Shown: positions 1 through 15,304, counted from the first letter of the stretch. The stretch: DNA of 64,000 nt from Tubulanus polymorphus (GCF_964204645.1 NC_134026.1:8269950-8333949), one strand, 5' to 3'. The notes: a model not told the origin generated them from the sequence alone. Made by a program: numbers and translations.

Positions 1-1239
1 CGGCTATACAGCTAACGAACGATAACTTGTAGCATTTGATGCGGCGATGTTAACCGTACCGTTTTTCCATCTTGCGCCTTACACATTATTTGTCAGTGCA
101 CAGATGGGCAGGATGATGTCTCAGAAGCTTTCGATAATTTAGTCGGTAACCGGACTGTGTGGTTTTCGTTACGCGAATGATGGCTTTTTTAACCGGCTCA
201 TCTGACAGCCAACGATCGGGTTACCGCCCTATACCATCGATAACAGAATCTACGAAAACAACTTTCGATTCCACTTGAACGAATCGTATCGTTCGTGTGA
301 TCGAATCCTGTTGCTGATAGATAGCATGTCTTGATTGATAGGCCTTCGACTTATCCCTCGAATAAGTGGAAAAATAAACCCTAGTTCGCAATGCCCTAGT
401 GGCGCGCTATACGTAGACTTTTTTCTGATACGTAGGTTATGGTAACAACGGGTGTAGAAATATTTCGGTGATCGTTGAATGAGAGCTATGTGGTACATTC
501 GCCATCAAAAATGCCACAAAGTTTACTCGGAATATCTACCGAATAATGACAGTTCGTAACTGGTTCGTTTATACAGAAAGTGTTTGATAACAACACCTTC
601 TTGCACCGATAGACAATTAGCATACAGGCATCTTTACTCACAAATACTTCAATTTGACACCGAAAGCGACTGGATATACCGAATCTCTAAACAAAAGATT
701 AGTTACCACAACTGGTTACACTCACGGCGTTTCCCGACAAATGTCTAATATTTGTGTTCGAGGTCTAAAATATTTATGTTTAGATGTTTTTATCAGGCTC
801 GGATACATTAGGGCTGAAGTGCGTGGCAGCGTAAATGGAAACCGGTAGAAAAATTCTGTTTACCCTTCAGAAACGGCCGTCTAAAAGGAACCACTACATC
901 ATCCGGAGGATAGTTATTGGAGAGCGACGAAGAAGTAGCCGGTCGGAGCAATCCTCTTCGCTTTCTAATGGCATCGGCTTGCAGATATCATCAACTGACA
1001 TACTCGGCGTCAAGATGGCCACTTCGTTTGCCGAGTGAAAGAGTTAACAGAACCAAAACTTTATGTCTTGGTATAACTCGACGTAGAATGACATTTAGAT
1101 AACTATAAATGCTTTCTAAATTTAGGCTTTTTCATTAAAACGCCGGCATCGATTTTGACGTGTCGGCGAAAACAGGCTATATATTCTGCGTTACGTGTGA
1201 AGGCTACCTATGGCATTTTCCTCTTGAAACTTAACTCAC

Positions 1240-1326
1240 CGGATGTTGCACGTTGAACGGCTCGCGAACATCAACAGTTTACGAATTGACAGCCCGAAGC
1301 CGTGATAGAAAAGAACAGCTTTTATA
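1240..1326 (-). promoter_or_regulatory. Putative TATA promoter and short non-coding first exon of a gene extending left of the window
   Basis: Minus-strand TATAAAA at 1326-1320, TCAATT Inr-like element at 1289-1284, a strong donor CG|GTGAGT at 1240/1239, and a candidate acceptor GTTGTTTTCGTAG at ~250. Confidence 0.35.
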
Positions 1327-1624
1327 CACTTGAATGCGAGCCTCCAACTGCAAAAAGCCAACACAAAAGTGTTGTTTAGCTGGCGGCCATTGATAACAAG
1401 TAGACGATGTTTAATATCAAAATCATCGATAAGCTGCAGTGTTTGAATTCCTCATCGGGTGAACTTCGTAAACGGGCGAAATATAAAAATTAGAGATTGT
1501 TAGTTCACAATATCGCAATTGTCGTTTCCGACTATGCGATCTGAATGGGAACAGCAAAATATGCAATGTACGGTCTGAAAAAAAACCATGATTCCATGAG
1601 GAAGATCACGAGATGTCCGGACGC

Positions 1625-2217
1625 AAGGCTAAACAAGAAAACTAACGTGAAAGTGTATTGACGCCTTAGAAAATAACTTAAAATTGCTTAAAATTGTCGA
1701 TGGTAAATAATGTTTATATACATTGATACCCGCGTTACTCGAAGGGGTTCTTTGAATCGATGTGCACTACGTCATCAATATTGGCGTTTCAAAATAACAA
1801 TTATAATTGCGCATTTTGGCGTTTATTTTGTAATTAAACATATTTCATAACTACTATCATTATCTTATCTTTGATAAATTTCAATGATTACTTTTTGAGA
1901 GGATGTGCACTGCGTGAATACATCGGGGCTAGACTGGTTGCCGGTCAATTCAATTCAATTATCGATATATTCAAATCCGAAATAACTTTATTGATCCTTG
2001 ATATCATATAACGTATGATATATTATTCATTGTCGACAATATCAAGCAATGGTATTTTTCAAGGCGTCAAAATACACAATTGTAATTGCGATTTCTAAAC
2101 GCCAATATCGATGACGTAGTGCACATCGACACACACAGCACCCATTAAAATAACGCATAACAGGTACTGATGTACATAAACATTATTCTAACGGTCTTTA
2201 CGGCGACAAAAATACGT
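1625..2217. repeat. Interspersed repeat family with an internal inversion; copies at ~60135-60515 and ~62205-62590
   Basis: Shared blocks GATGTGCACTACG..ATATTGGCGTTTCAAAATAACAATT and GGGGCTAGACTGGTTGCCGGTCAATTCAA. Positions 2063-2217 are the reverse complement of the family's 5' end. Confidence 0.8.
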
Positions 2218-2789
2218 TATCACGGTGTAAAAGTGATATAATGCCGTCCACGGAGCTCAAATAGCTGACTCAGGATTGTTTTTTCCTGCTCGACATTAAG
2301 TGTTGATCGCTTATGGGCCATTAATTTCATTAGTTCGGTTATAATGGACTGTATGAGTGTCGCTGAGGGATTTAAAGCTGGGACATCCAATGATTCCCAG
2401 GGTCCCAAATCTTATTCCGGTCGTCGTTTGAGTTGAAACCATTATGCAAGCGATTAATAATTAAAAGTTACGTCCCGTTGGGCCAATTTCACTATAATTG
2501 AAACAGAATAGTTGAAAACCTTAAAAAATAACCTGATTATTGCTCTCGCGGTTCTCTCAGTTTTAGCAGCAAATAAAAATCAAAATTTAAACATTTTCTT
2601 TTTTGATTAGAATTAAAAAGCACCAATCATCAATCTTTCAAATAAGAAAGCTATTTATATGCTTTCGTGAAGTATAAAGTTGATTTGCTTTTCGTAATGA
2701 CGGTTAGAATTCATCGATTTTCGAGATAGTTGAAAACTAAATACTTATCGGTAGATTTCTCCAATTCAGACAATTTTCATTCGTACTAG

Positions 2790-3060
2790 CATAGGGTCTC
2801 TCAGATCAGTCATTCCAGAATTCAAGGACACTTCAAGGAGAAAATTTTCGATGAGTGTATGCCTCACCTTCATATCCCAATTACTGCAGACTCCTCCTAA
2901 ATCGGTACTGTTTATCTCAGTAAACAGTTCAATTAGGTGGAATATGTGTGTATAGGCCTAAAACTTTCTTAATTGCTAATTTCTCAAAATTCAAGGAGTT
3001 TTCAAGGAGTTTTGGGCATTTTGCTCAAATTCAAGGATATGCAAGGACCTTGAAAAATAG
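2790..3060 (+). repeat. TTCAAGGAG-type interspersed repeat; copies at ~43850-43950, ~44570-44945, ~48190-48442
   Basis: Repeated TTCAAGGAG(TTT) units and a shared CAGATC(A/G)GTCATTCC..CAATTACTG block. Confidence 0.65.
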
Positions 3061-6000
3061 AATCTAATATAGAATAGAATAGAATATTTTCGGTTTACCA
3101 TTTGTTTACAGTTAAATTTTACGTCTCTAGGTGTCGTGGGTGTCGTCTAGGTGTCGTGGCTTAAGGGGAGTAGTGTGACAAACGTTTCCTCACCACCGCC
3201 AATTATGGTACGATTGAAAAAAAGGATTTTAAAAAACCCCATTCTATAGTCAAACACTTCGCGCCGCCCGTAACGTATTAGCGACAAAACTCATTTTCTC
3301 CTTGTAAACTTAAAGATGACCTACGAATTGAATATAACTTTGTAAATTTAAACCTATATACATTCATTCGGCCATTCATTTATTCCTAACAAACAAATTG
3401 TCAGTATATTTCACGAAAATTATATATCATGGACTCGTAAATATCACCTCTAGAAAATCGTATTTGTATTTTGTCGCTCTATAGATATGTTGTTTCTTTT
3501 TTTCCTTGATCTTTTTTTTTCATTTATAATCATGCACTTTTGATTTATGATGAATGAAATGAATTTGAATATCTTCCTCGAAAGCGATCTTCGGCGAATT
3601 CGTCGCGTGACGTAATACGTAAATCGATGGTGCATTTTTAAAGACATCAAAAAATCAAAGAGTGTCAGAGAAAGATTGCGTATTGTCTGAAATCGTCTAC
3701 CTTAAACGGACCGATTTGCATTAAAAAATATTTTGGCAGACGCGAAATGACACGAACCCCGAATATCCGTTTGTCCGTTTGACTGACAGCTTATTCGGGA
3801 TTAATTTTACTCATTTCGCAGTCGCCATTTTCGAATACGCGCAGCCGAAGCGTCGATTGTCATTCAAATCGTGCACTGCACAACCATAATGCGTCTTCCT
3901 GAATATTTTTAGGATTGAATCGTGAATGGAGCGTTTTTCAATGCATCTTTTATCCGGCGTGGCATTTTCATATTTTCCCAAGCGAAATATGAATCGACTT
4001 CGAATGTCGCCGGCTCCGGCCTTGTATAGTATTCAATCAGTATACACGCATGCCGCAGTCGGAATTAAAGCATCGGAAAAATCATTACTGTTTCGTTCAA
4101 ACATATGCGATAGATTTTCTTTATTTCGTGTTGGCAAAAGTAATTTTGTAAACGATCAGAGAAAGTTAGAGAATAAGTATCGATTCCTGTGAATGTCGAA
4201 TGTGTCTTTGTCTGTGAGTGCTCGAGAGCGCGTTTAGGTCCTCAAAAACACTACAAAAGTCGTAGATAAAGGTGTTCCCAAATCTAGACACCGAATATTA
4301 CAATATCTGCCCCAAGGCAGGCGTCATTACGTTTTTAATATTCAGGGCAAGGGCGAGGCATCTGCCGACAGAGAAAAAAATCCATCGCGTGCACGCATGC
4401 AAGCATGCACGTGTGCGCGATCTTAATGTATTCCTAATGCGCTGTTAATAGATAACCGATAAATCTGTAAGTTTTAATTAAAGCGTCCACTGTCAGATGA
4501 AATCCTTCGCAAGAAATTATGTTTGATTAATATAAGAATATCGATTGATGTCGAGTTGATAAATAAGAATAAACCACACGCGTACGTATTTATAGTGTGT
4601 AATTTATTGCGAAATGCGAGGTTTCGACCGGGATTCGAACCTGATGAAATCGAGACTTTCTCCAGTTTCGCGACGTTATCAGGCTCAGTGCCTGTCAAGG
4701 AAAGATGCGTCAGAAGCAATTTCGATTTTCAATAAGATTTGAAAGACCTTCAGTCAATACATCCGGTTCAGATTGCGCAGACTTATCCGATTTTGCTAAC
4801 ATCCACGACGGTGCCGAGCTTTTTTGATCCTTTGAGAATGGATGACTTCTCATTTTAAAAACCATTAAAATTGTATCGAGATTTCGAAAAATCTTGACCT
4901 AATTTTTCTTATACTGACTTTCCGAAGGGAACTGTGACGATTTTAGGGCGTATGTTCGCTATCACCTACACCACCCCCGCCCCCCTCGGAAAGGGCCTGA
5001 AATCAGGGATCAGTCGCACAGTCTTGTGTGGTCACTCCAAATTTTCAAGACAATATTCGGACCGTGAGATCTAGGAATGCTCTTGCAAGATAATAATGCT
5101 TAGATATATATGGATTATTTAGCAAGGTATCGGCACAACAGGAAATCGTCCCTCTATGTTTGACACAAAACAGTATGATCGCGTATAAATATTACTCCAT
5201 AAGCCGAACACAACAGATTGACACGAAAGACAACATTGTACTATTGACATTACAACTTTCAAGGAGTGGTATAAAATTTCCGTTCAGAATTTCACGGGAT
5301 TATTTCCCCTTGTGTACAAAGGCTTTTCGATTGAAATATACGAACGCCTAACTCAATTTGGCTCGCGGTCCGCCGAAACAAAAGCCCGGGTCGGTGGCGG
5401 TTTTCTACGGGGGCTATGTTTTCATAAAGGCCGAACATGAATGCCGAATGCCAACGAGACTGAAATAGGCCAGCATGAAGTTTTTGTGCTCGGTCTCTTC
5501 AAGTTTGAACCCTAAACTAGTTACAAGTTTTGTTCATTTGACAGCGCGTCCATTCAGGTCGGAGACGACGCTGACAGCGCCCATTCACAGCGTTTCTAAA
5601 GATTCTTCGACAAAAAACCATCACAATACAGCCGAAAGCTAACAATGTAAAACCCCCTCTTTCGTCCACATCGAAATACGCCAACAGTCGTTACTTGGAG
5701 CTGTACATTTCGACGAAATGTTTCCAAGTACCGTACATACATACAAATCCTTAGTCTAAAAATGACCCGTAATCCCAATTCGACATCGTTTCGCGCGTTA
5801 TGGTCGCACTTTCGAGATGGAGGGGGCAACATCTCCGAAATCTTGTCGAATTCTTTCTAATATCTAAACTAAACAGATTCATTTGTTCAACTGAAAAGCC
5901 ATACTAAACAAATCGATATAAACATATATAGTTATAACATATCTTTTAAAGCAGACAATTTCTACCGAACAAGATGAAGATAGTAACCATAACCTAAATC

Positions 6001-9000
6001 CTAACGTTGTAGGCGACAAATATTTCGAATCTATTGAGAAATTCTAATTCAAATGGTAGGCGACTAGTTTTTAAGAGTTGTGTAGACGTTTTTTTCGTAG
6101 CTGATTTCTTCACTGCAGCACAGGAGATAAGACTTGGTGTGTGTGTGTGTGTGTACTGCGCGACTTGTTCAACAATCTTGATTTCTCTTGACAAGTCTTC
6201 ACGGGAAGTGTGTGAGATATGATAACTGGTTTTTGATGTGACTGACATGCAAGCACCTCCACTTTCAGATAGTGATCATAAGCACTACTATAGTGACACA
6301 TTCAATTAACATTCTCCTTTTAAGGAGAAACATCGACTCGGCGAGCATGTATATGCGCATATATATGAATAATTGCCCGTAGCTATATCTACGTAGTCCA
6401 ACGTTGTGTATATAAATACACGTAACATCAAATCACTTCAATCAAGGAGATAGTCAACACACTCGTCGGTCCCGCTATCGCCTAATTGATGAAATAATTC
6501 ACCTGATGGACGACAAGTACCCCAATCCATGAGCTAAACGCGATTCGAGAATAACCTTTGTAACCTACATACGCGATCGACGAGGTTATGAACTCGCGAT
6601 ATACGTATACTTGTCGCCATGTGCGACGATCGGAAGTCAGCCCATCTGCGCAGTCACAGAATGGCTATCACCAGCCCAACACGGCCTATTCGTGTCATTT
6701 CAAGTCAGTTTCATTTACTTGTAAAAATGGTCTTAAAATAGCTAGAGCTATCGTAAGAATTGACGTATGTTACTACGAATGCTAGTGAATAATGAATAAA
6801 TCGTGTCGATGCAGTCATTATAGGCTAACGTATGTCTTTCTGACGATCCAGACCTCTATGAAGACCATATCGACGTCGGAAAAGCCATAAATAATTTCCT
6901 GCGCAAGAGAGTGTAAGGGGTTTAATTTATGACTGTGGGTTTTTTCATTGTGGCTTGGCACCTGACGCACAATGCGACGCCATTGACAACTCGATAATGT
7001 GGGCCATAAAATTATTGTCACTTCTGCTGTTAGCGAACGACTACAAATTACTCGGGTGATAAGGGCAGGCATAAATCTTGTACTATGATACCTCAGAAAC
7101 AATCCGTGGCTTTCACACTCGAACTTAGCTGTGAACAAATGTATTTTCTATTTAGGGTGATTTATAGCGCTATGAATTGCCCCATTAGCCCGTAATGCAG
7201 TATGAGAAGCCGTGTAATTTGTCTGACATATATCGTCACATTGAACTCGAAGATATTTATTAGTTTGATGACAAACCTCGCCACTGGATAAAGATTAAAC
7301 TATGAATACCTAGAGTGCCTTCTACCGAGTGATGGTCTATGAACCAGGAAAGACCATAAACCATGATTCACGTTGGCTTAGTTTGGTTGACCGTATATAG
7401 ATTTCAAATCCGGCCTATTCTAAACAAGCGTTTTGCAATTTTCTAATATCAGGCCAACACTGTATCGGGTGCGTTATGTACGAGAAAGTTACACGCGCAA
7501 TTTCGGCCTTGACATTGGAGAAAGATATTCGCAAACATTTACCCCTGAAGCTGTCAGAAAAACTTGACAATGTTTGCAGTGTGTTTACCATCTGTACTAT
7601 ATAGATCTTCGGGCACAGATGGTCGCGCGAAACAATTTCTGTCTCATTTACTCGACGAGAACAGTTGTTTTCCGTTCTTCTGATAGGATGATAATTTCGC
7701 TCGGTTCGATCTATGTCACGATCGGCCGCTATACGTCCATTATTATTCGCACAGACCAGACCAATTAGCGTTATGATTATTATATTTTGATTGGCCTCTC
7801 GATATTCATTGGGATTGGGTATTCATACGCTGCCCGAAGCCTATTACGCGGTCCATTGTCCTTCGCAGTCGAAAGCATCGATTCTGATTTACTGATACTT
7901 GATTTTGAGAGTACCCAGCATCCGTTTTTCGCGGATCGGTGTATGTCCCGAGTCTTCTGCCAAGCTTATCAAATAACTACATATCTAAATTCTAAATTCT
8001 CATGTCGGATTTAGACGCAAATTTGCGTTTTCATTCTCATCATAAGCTGCATAAAATAGCTCTATTTACTTCACCAGATCTGCCAAATCGCTGTGTAAAT
8101 CTTATCATTGTTTGTCAATGTCTAATGCATATATCAGATATCTCTACATTTACACTATAGCACTATGACCTGGCCTGTCAATCACCAGGAATGTTGAACA
8201 ATTAACGCCGTAAATAAAGCGTCGACAAACGAAAATTTAGGATACGTGGCCAAAAATTAGCAATTCAGACATTCCCAATACTAAGTTTATAATCCTACCG
8301 AACTTGCGGGAATCGAACCCACTTCCAAGGATCTAGGTTAGAATTTGAGCAATTACTAAACGAATTTGCAATGGCTAGATCCCCATATGCCTTTTCAGCA
8401 AAGACACTGAAAAATTAAATTGCTCTTAAATGGATCGATCTTTTGTGTCATTACGGCACCATATCTGTTTGTAGCATGCATGCACGGCATGGCGCACGAT
8501 ACCTGCAGATTTGCAGCAATTCGGATCTGGCTGCACTGTCAATCCTGGCTGGCCATCAATCATAATTTATCATACTGCATTTTCTGGTGCGTCTGAACAT
8601 TTTGCGAGATTGAGAAATGATAGCTGGCGGTGTCTCTCGATTTTATTTCACAAACATGTGATGCATCAAACCATGGTGAAATCATCGGAGCCAAACTATA
8701 CCGCGCGAACGAACGAACGATTACACGTGATCAATTTTGCGTAGTGTCAAAACTAGACCGTTCTCGTGACATTTCTAAAAAGGCTCTTTAATACCAACCC
8801 ATGATCATGAGAAAAAAAATCTTTTCTCAAGGCAACACGTTTGCTTATCTTACAGTGCAAGATCGGTACAACGAACATCGATGAATGAGAGAACCACAAC
8901 CGATAGCTCGTTATAATCCGAGGTGAAATCGAATGTATAAATCTCATTTTTGATTCAATAAAATCCGAGTTCATGGTTTGTGTTCTACCGGACACAAATG

Positions 9001-12000
9001 TTTCTTAATGATTTAAAGAGCTATTTCGTTCAACTGGCGTAAAATTTAAATACCTCATTTTTTATACGTACAGAAATGTTTCAGATACTTTGTTACTTCA
9101 GTGCAATGTTATAAATATCATATAGTGCGCTCGTTGCATATATGTCTACTAATTGTATGTACTGTCAATTTTCTTTGTCTATAATATGTATTATAATGTA
9201 TTTCGTAACTGGCTTTTGTTTTCCGCAAATTTGTAAATTTTGTGAGCAATAAATCTATCTATCTATCTATCTACGAGGCTCAAAATCGCCGCGGATTTCA
9301 ACACAATCTAATTCGGGTTTTTCAATTAAAACGGCTGAATAACGGAGATTCAGATTACATGTAGACATCGCAGTTGCTTTTAATATAAGGTTATATAAAA
9401 GGTAATGAAACGGAAGAATTGCACACACTGTGTTGGTAACAGCTTAATTAATGTATATAAGTCTACGTATTCAAACGTGCTTAATCACATTCGATGATGA
9501 GTGTACAGTTTAATTACGTAAGAAAGTAATTACTTACCATAAGCCCGACAAATATTTATTATGACGAATAAATATAGTAATAATCCACTCCAATGACGAT
9601 ACATGGTCAACATAGCCATATCTTCTAGTTGAAAAAACTGAAATGAGATTTTTTGAAAATAGCGTTAGATCGACATGATTTCGAGTCCGTTCCTACGTCG
9701 ATGTAATGGTTATAGGGGAACTATTTCCGAGAGACTGCAAGCGCCTGCGGGTATGAATGTATTTTACATAGAAAAACCTTCGAAAGTTTCTTAACGATTA
9801 ACATGTTAACATTATTACTCTGTCCCTGCGATGTCCGGGTTGCGGGCAGTGTAGATGAAGCGCAATCTTTATATCTTAAAGCCTCGGTCAAAATTACGAA
9901 ATTAAAAATGGCCAAAAATCCGTCGCCGTTTACATGTTTACGGCCGATCCATCAACGGACCTGTCAAAATGATATGCATTTGTCATCTCAGATAATGCAA
10001 TCGACTAGATATACACGCACGGGCATTGATAATAGCGTAAACTCTGCGCATAAATCGGAGAGGTCACTTCTAAAATTAACAGTACATTCGGTGTCGAAAT
10101 CTGCGACCAAATCTTCCTCGAATTCACGAAATAGCATCTGTTTCTAATACATATACATAGATGTTTTATGCTTACCCACGTTTTGCGTCAAAGCTATCCA
10201 TTTGTTAACATATACGTCTATGCGAACGTACGTTTTATTTACTAATCTAAGTGAATCTAGCGCAATGTTCAGTTGCCCGTATTATAAATCCATACATTAC
10301 GCGTTTTAGCAAACGATAATATGCGAATGTCTGCATGCGCGCCGCCGTCCCCTTTTCTTAACTGAACAAATCTGTCTTCATCTGCCGCATATAATAATCC
10401 CTGCCTTTGTGAAGCCAGCCCATGCCTGGCGGACAATAGGACCTTTCATTTTTATGGAAATAAGGCCTCAAACGCTTGGACGGTCTATAATTGGTTTTCA
10501 ATACACTTCTGCATGAAATACCGAGTATTTTTCTCTCGCGCAACCTAAGTGGCGGGGCTAAAGCTGACAGAGCCCCGGGGGGTTCCGAGGCGTTTCTTGT
10601 AATGCGCGCTATAGAAAGTGTGTATTTCGCCAGCGGGTCAATCCGACGACTACGGAAAAAAACTACTATACGTCAGTCTGAAGATCATACAAAACAACAC
10701 ATGCTAGACTATTTATAAGTTACTTACTTGTCAGATATTTGGATATGTAACAGTCGTATTCAACTTTTGACAGTCTGGATAGGTTTGCTGTTACTAAGCA
10801 TTTTCGATTTTGGCGTTCCCGTCACCCGGAGTAACATAGCGAGCAACGCGCAGCCTCCATCCGCTTTGCTAGCGTTCGAACTCTCGCAATTGCACACACA
10901 GAGCAAGGGCGAGTTCATTCATCGAAGCCACAGGAGGCGGAATAAGCTTTCACTGTTTAACACGTTTCACGCAGAATAACGGCCGTTGTTTGTAACCGAG
11001 AACGCCAATAATATCCCGGCAAACGGCGAAGAACTCGGCACTTCCCGTTAAATTGACAGCATCCTATCCGAGATATTTCATCGAGTTTGACTTTTGACGG
11101 ACAGCTGATATTTTTGTCTGACTGTTAATAGCTTTCTTCTTAAAGCATGACTTTTTACTTAGCTGACGCGTCTATAGGAAAATAACTTCGCCGATTAGAA
11201 ATTGCGCGCGCAATCTATTCTTCACATTTTCTCTCTCGGTTCTTGAGTTTAAAACTTCGCGAATGAAAGCCTTGTTTCACCCGAGAAATCGTAGGGCAAA
11301 AAGAAGGTCATCAAGAATTATGTATTATTTGTTTTCGAAAACGAAACACGAACCAGCTATTCAAAAAGAGCCCATATTATCTGCGATACTTCGTTTCAGG
11401 AATCTTTTTGTACGCTAACCGGTCCTAAAAATTCATCTTCTCAATCCTCGCACATCTGCTTCCGCGCCCAAACACCTCAGGCACTTCCCAACGAAAATAT
11501 ATTAGTTTCTCTCAAGTGGTTATCACGTAATGATATTGTAATGATGTCTTGCTTTACAATTGTACATTGTTAACTAAATGCTCGATAGCCGGCCTGACAA
11601 ATGTTTGTGTCAGACGTTGATTTATATTTTCTAATAAAATCTCGACCGCGCGGCACTAATTCCGCCAGCGCAGGCGGTGCCGAGGCGGCTCACCAGGCAA
11701 TTTGTTAATTTGGATAGAGATGGAAGTTTGATGGGGTGTTTACATGGTTCGCGTCTCGCTAAATGCAGAAAACCATTTATTTTGTTTCTCGAGTAGTGTA
11801 TGTAGGCTGGTAGTAAATCTATGTTATTACGGAGTTGCGCAAATAAAAAATCCTCTTACAGTTAAACCAGATGGCAGCACCATCAAGTAGCACCGCCTGT
11901 ATGGTGATTCATTAGATTAAATACCCAACAGGCGTACGAACAGGGGGTGGCCTTTTGCTACTTTCCCTTTCATTAGGTGGGTTGCTTTCACTTTTCAGCG

Positions 12001-14322
12001 TTTTAGAAGACCCACTCGGATCTAAATCGGAGATAAATTCCAATTTCCAATCGCAGGCCGTCACAACATAAAATTTATATATATACGTACGTTCCAATGC
12101 CGGTAGCCAATCAAAATAACCTTGTTATCATCGCTATGATGAATAAAAAAACTTTAACTCTAATTCAAACATTAACTTTCGCTAGACCTAACGCCTGAAC
12201 CTGAATCTGGATCTGTCCACGTCTAAAAATGATAATCTCGCGAGGAGTGACGAAATCCTTAGCAAACAATTAGAAATTAAATATCGAAGCCTAGAGATCC
12301 AATTGAAGGAACAACACTTAACGATGAAGAGAGATTTGCTCGGTCAGCGGAGTGCAACGACTCTACCTCTGAAATAAGTAACATACACCTGTAGCTCAGG
12401 GAATTTCTAACCAGATCTCCGAACACATGGCTGCCGCGCCGAGATAATCGAGAAAGCTCTCCGATTACTGCGTGTACAAGCGTTGCAGGTGCGGAACGCT
12501 GAAAAGCCGTCAAATCGCTCAACAAAACTTGCAGACGAAAACAGGTATAAAACCCCCAGACACTGATGAAAGTGTAGATTATCAGAATTGCATTCTATAC
12601 AACTTCAATTCTTGTCTTCGCTAGAGATCATAAAATCTAGTTCTTCAATTTTGACCAATTTGTGATCATACGGAAAAGAAGGCCCCTATAGTTCATGTGT
12701 GGTCTTCATTTTTTCCTTTAAAGAAAACAACGCTAATGTTTACACGCGAAACCGAAGTGTTATTGAGAAGGAAAATATTTGTCCAGATTTTCGCCCGCAT
12801 ATGAACTTTCATCCCGGTATTTTAGAATCCAAACTTTTTCTGACTCTTTTGACGATTTTCGAAAAAACCGATCGTTTTTTCGATTTTGTTTATGTTGTTG
12901 ATTGAATCTTAGCAAATCGTATATCCTGATCCTATCGTCTGGGAATTTGTTGGTCAAAATTAGGGACTTGATATGCATGTAGCTCCACAGTCGGAACTTG
13001 AAATTGACATCGCTAAACCGCCCATCTGCACAAAACTAACCTATTCCAAGTGAAATAACATTTTAAAGGACTAAAGACTGGATTCATTCGTACGGATTAT
13101 TATTTCATTCTATGATCAATAGCAATATCGGTCATGATTACATTTTGAAGGAGTGAACTTCGGGCGGAAATCGTCGCTCATCTTGCGTAAACCATCGTTA
13201 TACGCCGTTACTATAACAACGACCGGTAATTAAATTTTCTCAATTTCCAAGGCAGTTTATTGTCGTGCCGTATACGAAAGATCGTAACGCGTTTTTGAAC
13301 GCGGGAACGCCGAGGCCGCGTAGATCACGGATCGATGATAATTGCCCCGACGCGTCGACACACACAGAGCAACAGAAATAATATTTGATCTGATCGTCAG
13401 TCACGGCCGTGTTTGTTCGATGCGGCGAAAACGAACGGTTTTAGTGGATTTCTCGTCCAATATCCGCGATATTCTATATTCTGGTATGAAAATGTGAAAA
13501 TTTGTGCCAGCACGCCAACTGTTTAAACACCGAGATCGTCTGATGAAATTATCGATTTTCCCACTCAATTGTGTTTTCCGGGGATGTTTAAAACGGGTGG
13601 TATATATATATATATAATAATGCAACAGGGCTATGGAATATTGAACAAGAAAGCTAACTTGATTGACGCATGAAAAAATAACACATTTTCAAATATTGAT
13701 AATGAATGATTAATCATAAAATGCAATTTATCGGACTAAATCTTTCGAAAATGTGCAAGAAAAATCTCTTGATCATAATTGTGATTCTCATGGTGCATTA
13801 AAAATGCGTATCTTTTTCAGATTTTGGGGGGTTCGAAGGACCCCTCCCGCATACGCCCCTGCCATCTCCGCATCGAATTTCACGATATATAAAAATACAT
13901 TACGACAATAACTAGAAAAAAGTCGTCGTCCATACTCAAATTTATATGATGTACGGTCCAGCGACGCCCAGTCCCGAAAACTCTCGTTTTGGCCAGTTTC
14001 AATAACGCGCCGCAAGAACTGGGGACATATATCATATAGGACGGCTATTAAACACGCATGCGCAATTCTGTCGCAAGCTAGGTTCGAATGCCACATTTTG
14101 CAAGTATTTCTTGATAAAGCGTTTCCCGAAAGAAATGTTTTGACCAGGTTTGATCTTGACAAAAGTTTGAACTGGCTACAGTGCACTTAAACAGTTTGAT
14201 AACACTTTTTTGCTGAAGTAGGAAAATATCGTGGCCGGCTTATATCTGCGAATGCGTCAATTTTCATCGGTTGGTATTGGGAGCCGTGGGCCACGTTACG
14301 GTAGAGCGCACATTGAAGAATA

Positions 14323-14503
14323 CAGTCAACCCCCGATATACCACCCTCCCATATACCGCCACCCCGCCTACCGCCAGGTTTCTTAATGTAGCATACATCT
14401 CTATATAAATGCATAGCAAAACATCCCCGATACACCGCCCATATACTCTCTCTACCGCCAAAATCGTTCTGCTCCGATGTGGGCGGTATACCGGGGTTGA
14501 TTT
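14323..14503. mobile_element. Tc1/mariner-type MITE
   Basis: TA-CAGTCAACCCCCGATATACC ... GGCGGTATACCGGGGTTGA, with internal TACCGCC repeats. Confidence 0.6.
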
Positions 14504-15304
14504 TGATTAGAAAAACAACTCCATAAAATGCAATTAAACGTAAACTTCTTTTTTACATATATTGGTCCGATATCTTTCCACGTACCTAATCAAGGAAACA
14601 AGATATCGCTTTAGCCTTTAAATGTTCATCAAGTGATAAACGATGTACATATCGGTAGGCCTACGTTATATAGTCACTATGATGACGACTACTACAAAAT
14701 ACAAAAAGAAAAAGGAGATTCATCCTACCTGTCATCAACAAGACGTCATCGAATACAACTAGTGTGTACAAGATGAACAGCACGTCAATGAATAAGTGTT
14801 TATTACGAGTAGTTTGGAAGTTCAAACTCGAAACTGACAGCGGTCCTAGCTCGTTGCTATCATAATTTATAGCGGGTTTGATCGCCGATAATTCAATAAT
14901 GGGTTACCTAGTACATTAAAACGCGTAGATCATGTCAAAAAACACTCAAAAACTCTCAAATCGCCACTTTCAGACGCTCAAAACAAGAACGCCAGCAATT
15001 TTATTACGCCTATAAATCAGATAATGTCGCGATAGGTTTTTGTCACCGTATAGGTGATTTGCCAAATAACCTACACAAATCCAGAGATAAACTTTACTTA
15101 GCGATAAAGAAATACCATCGCGTAGACTCTTCGTGTCAATTCTATCAAATACACGATATACTTATGGCTTCATTAGCAAATTCCAGATTTCCATTTGTAG
15201 AATTCAGAAATAAAGCCATTCAACATCAACGACATGACTGGAATGGGTTTTCTCCAAAAGATTTTCGGAGGACGAGTGCAGCGCCTAAAATTTCGAATTA
15301 CGCC

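Noticed and set aside
4640-4680. CTGATGA motifs (also ~12563, ~13540, ~62008) as hammerhead cores
   Set aside because: No stem II followed by GAAA in the required geometry.
12120-12600. Possible solo LTR or coding exon
   Set aside because: No paired LTR, TSD, PBS or recognisable protein motif could be established.
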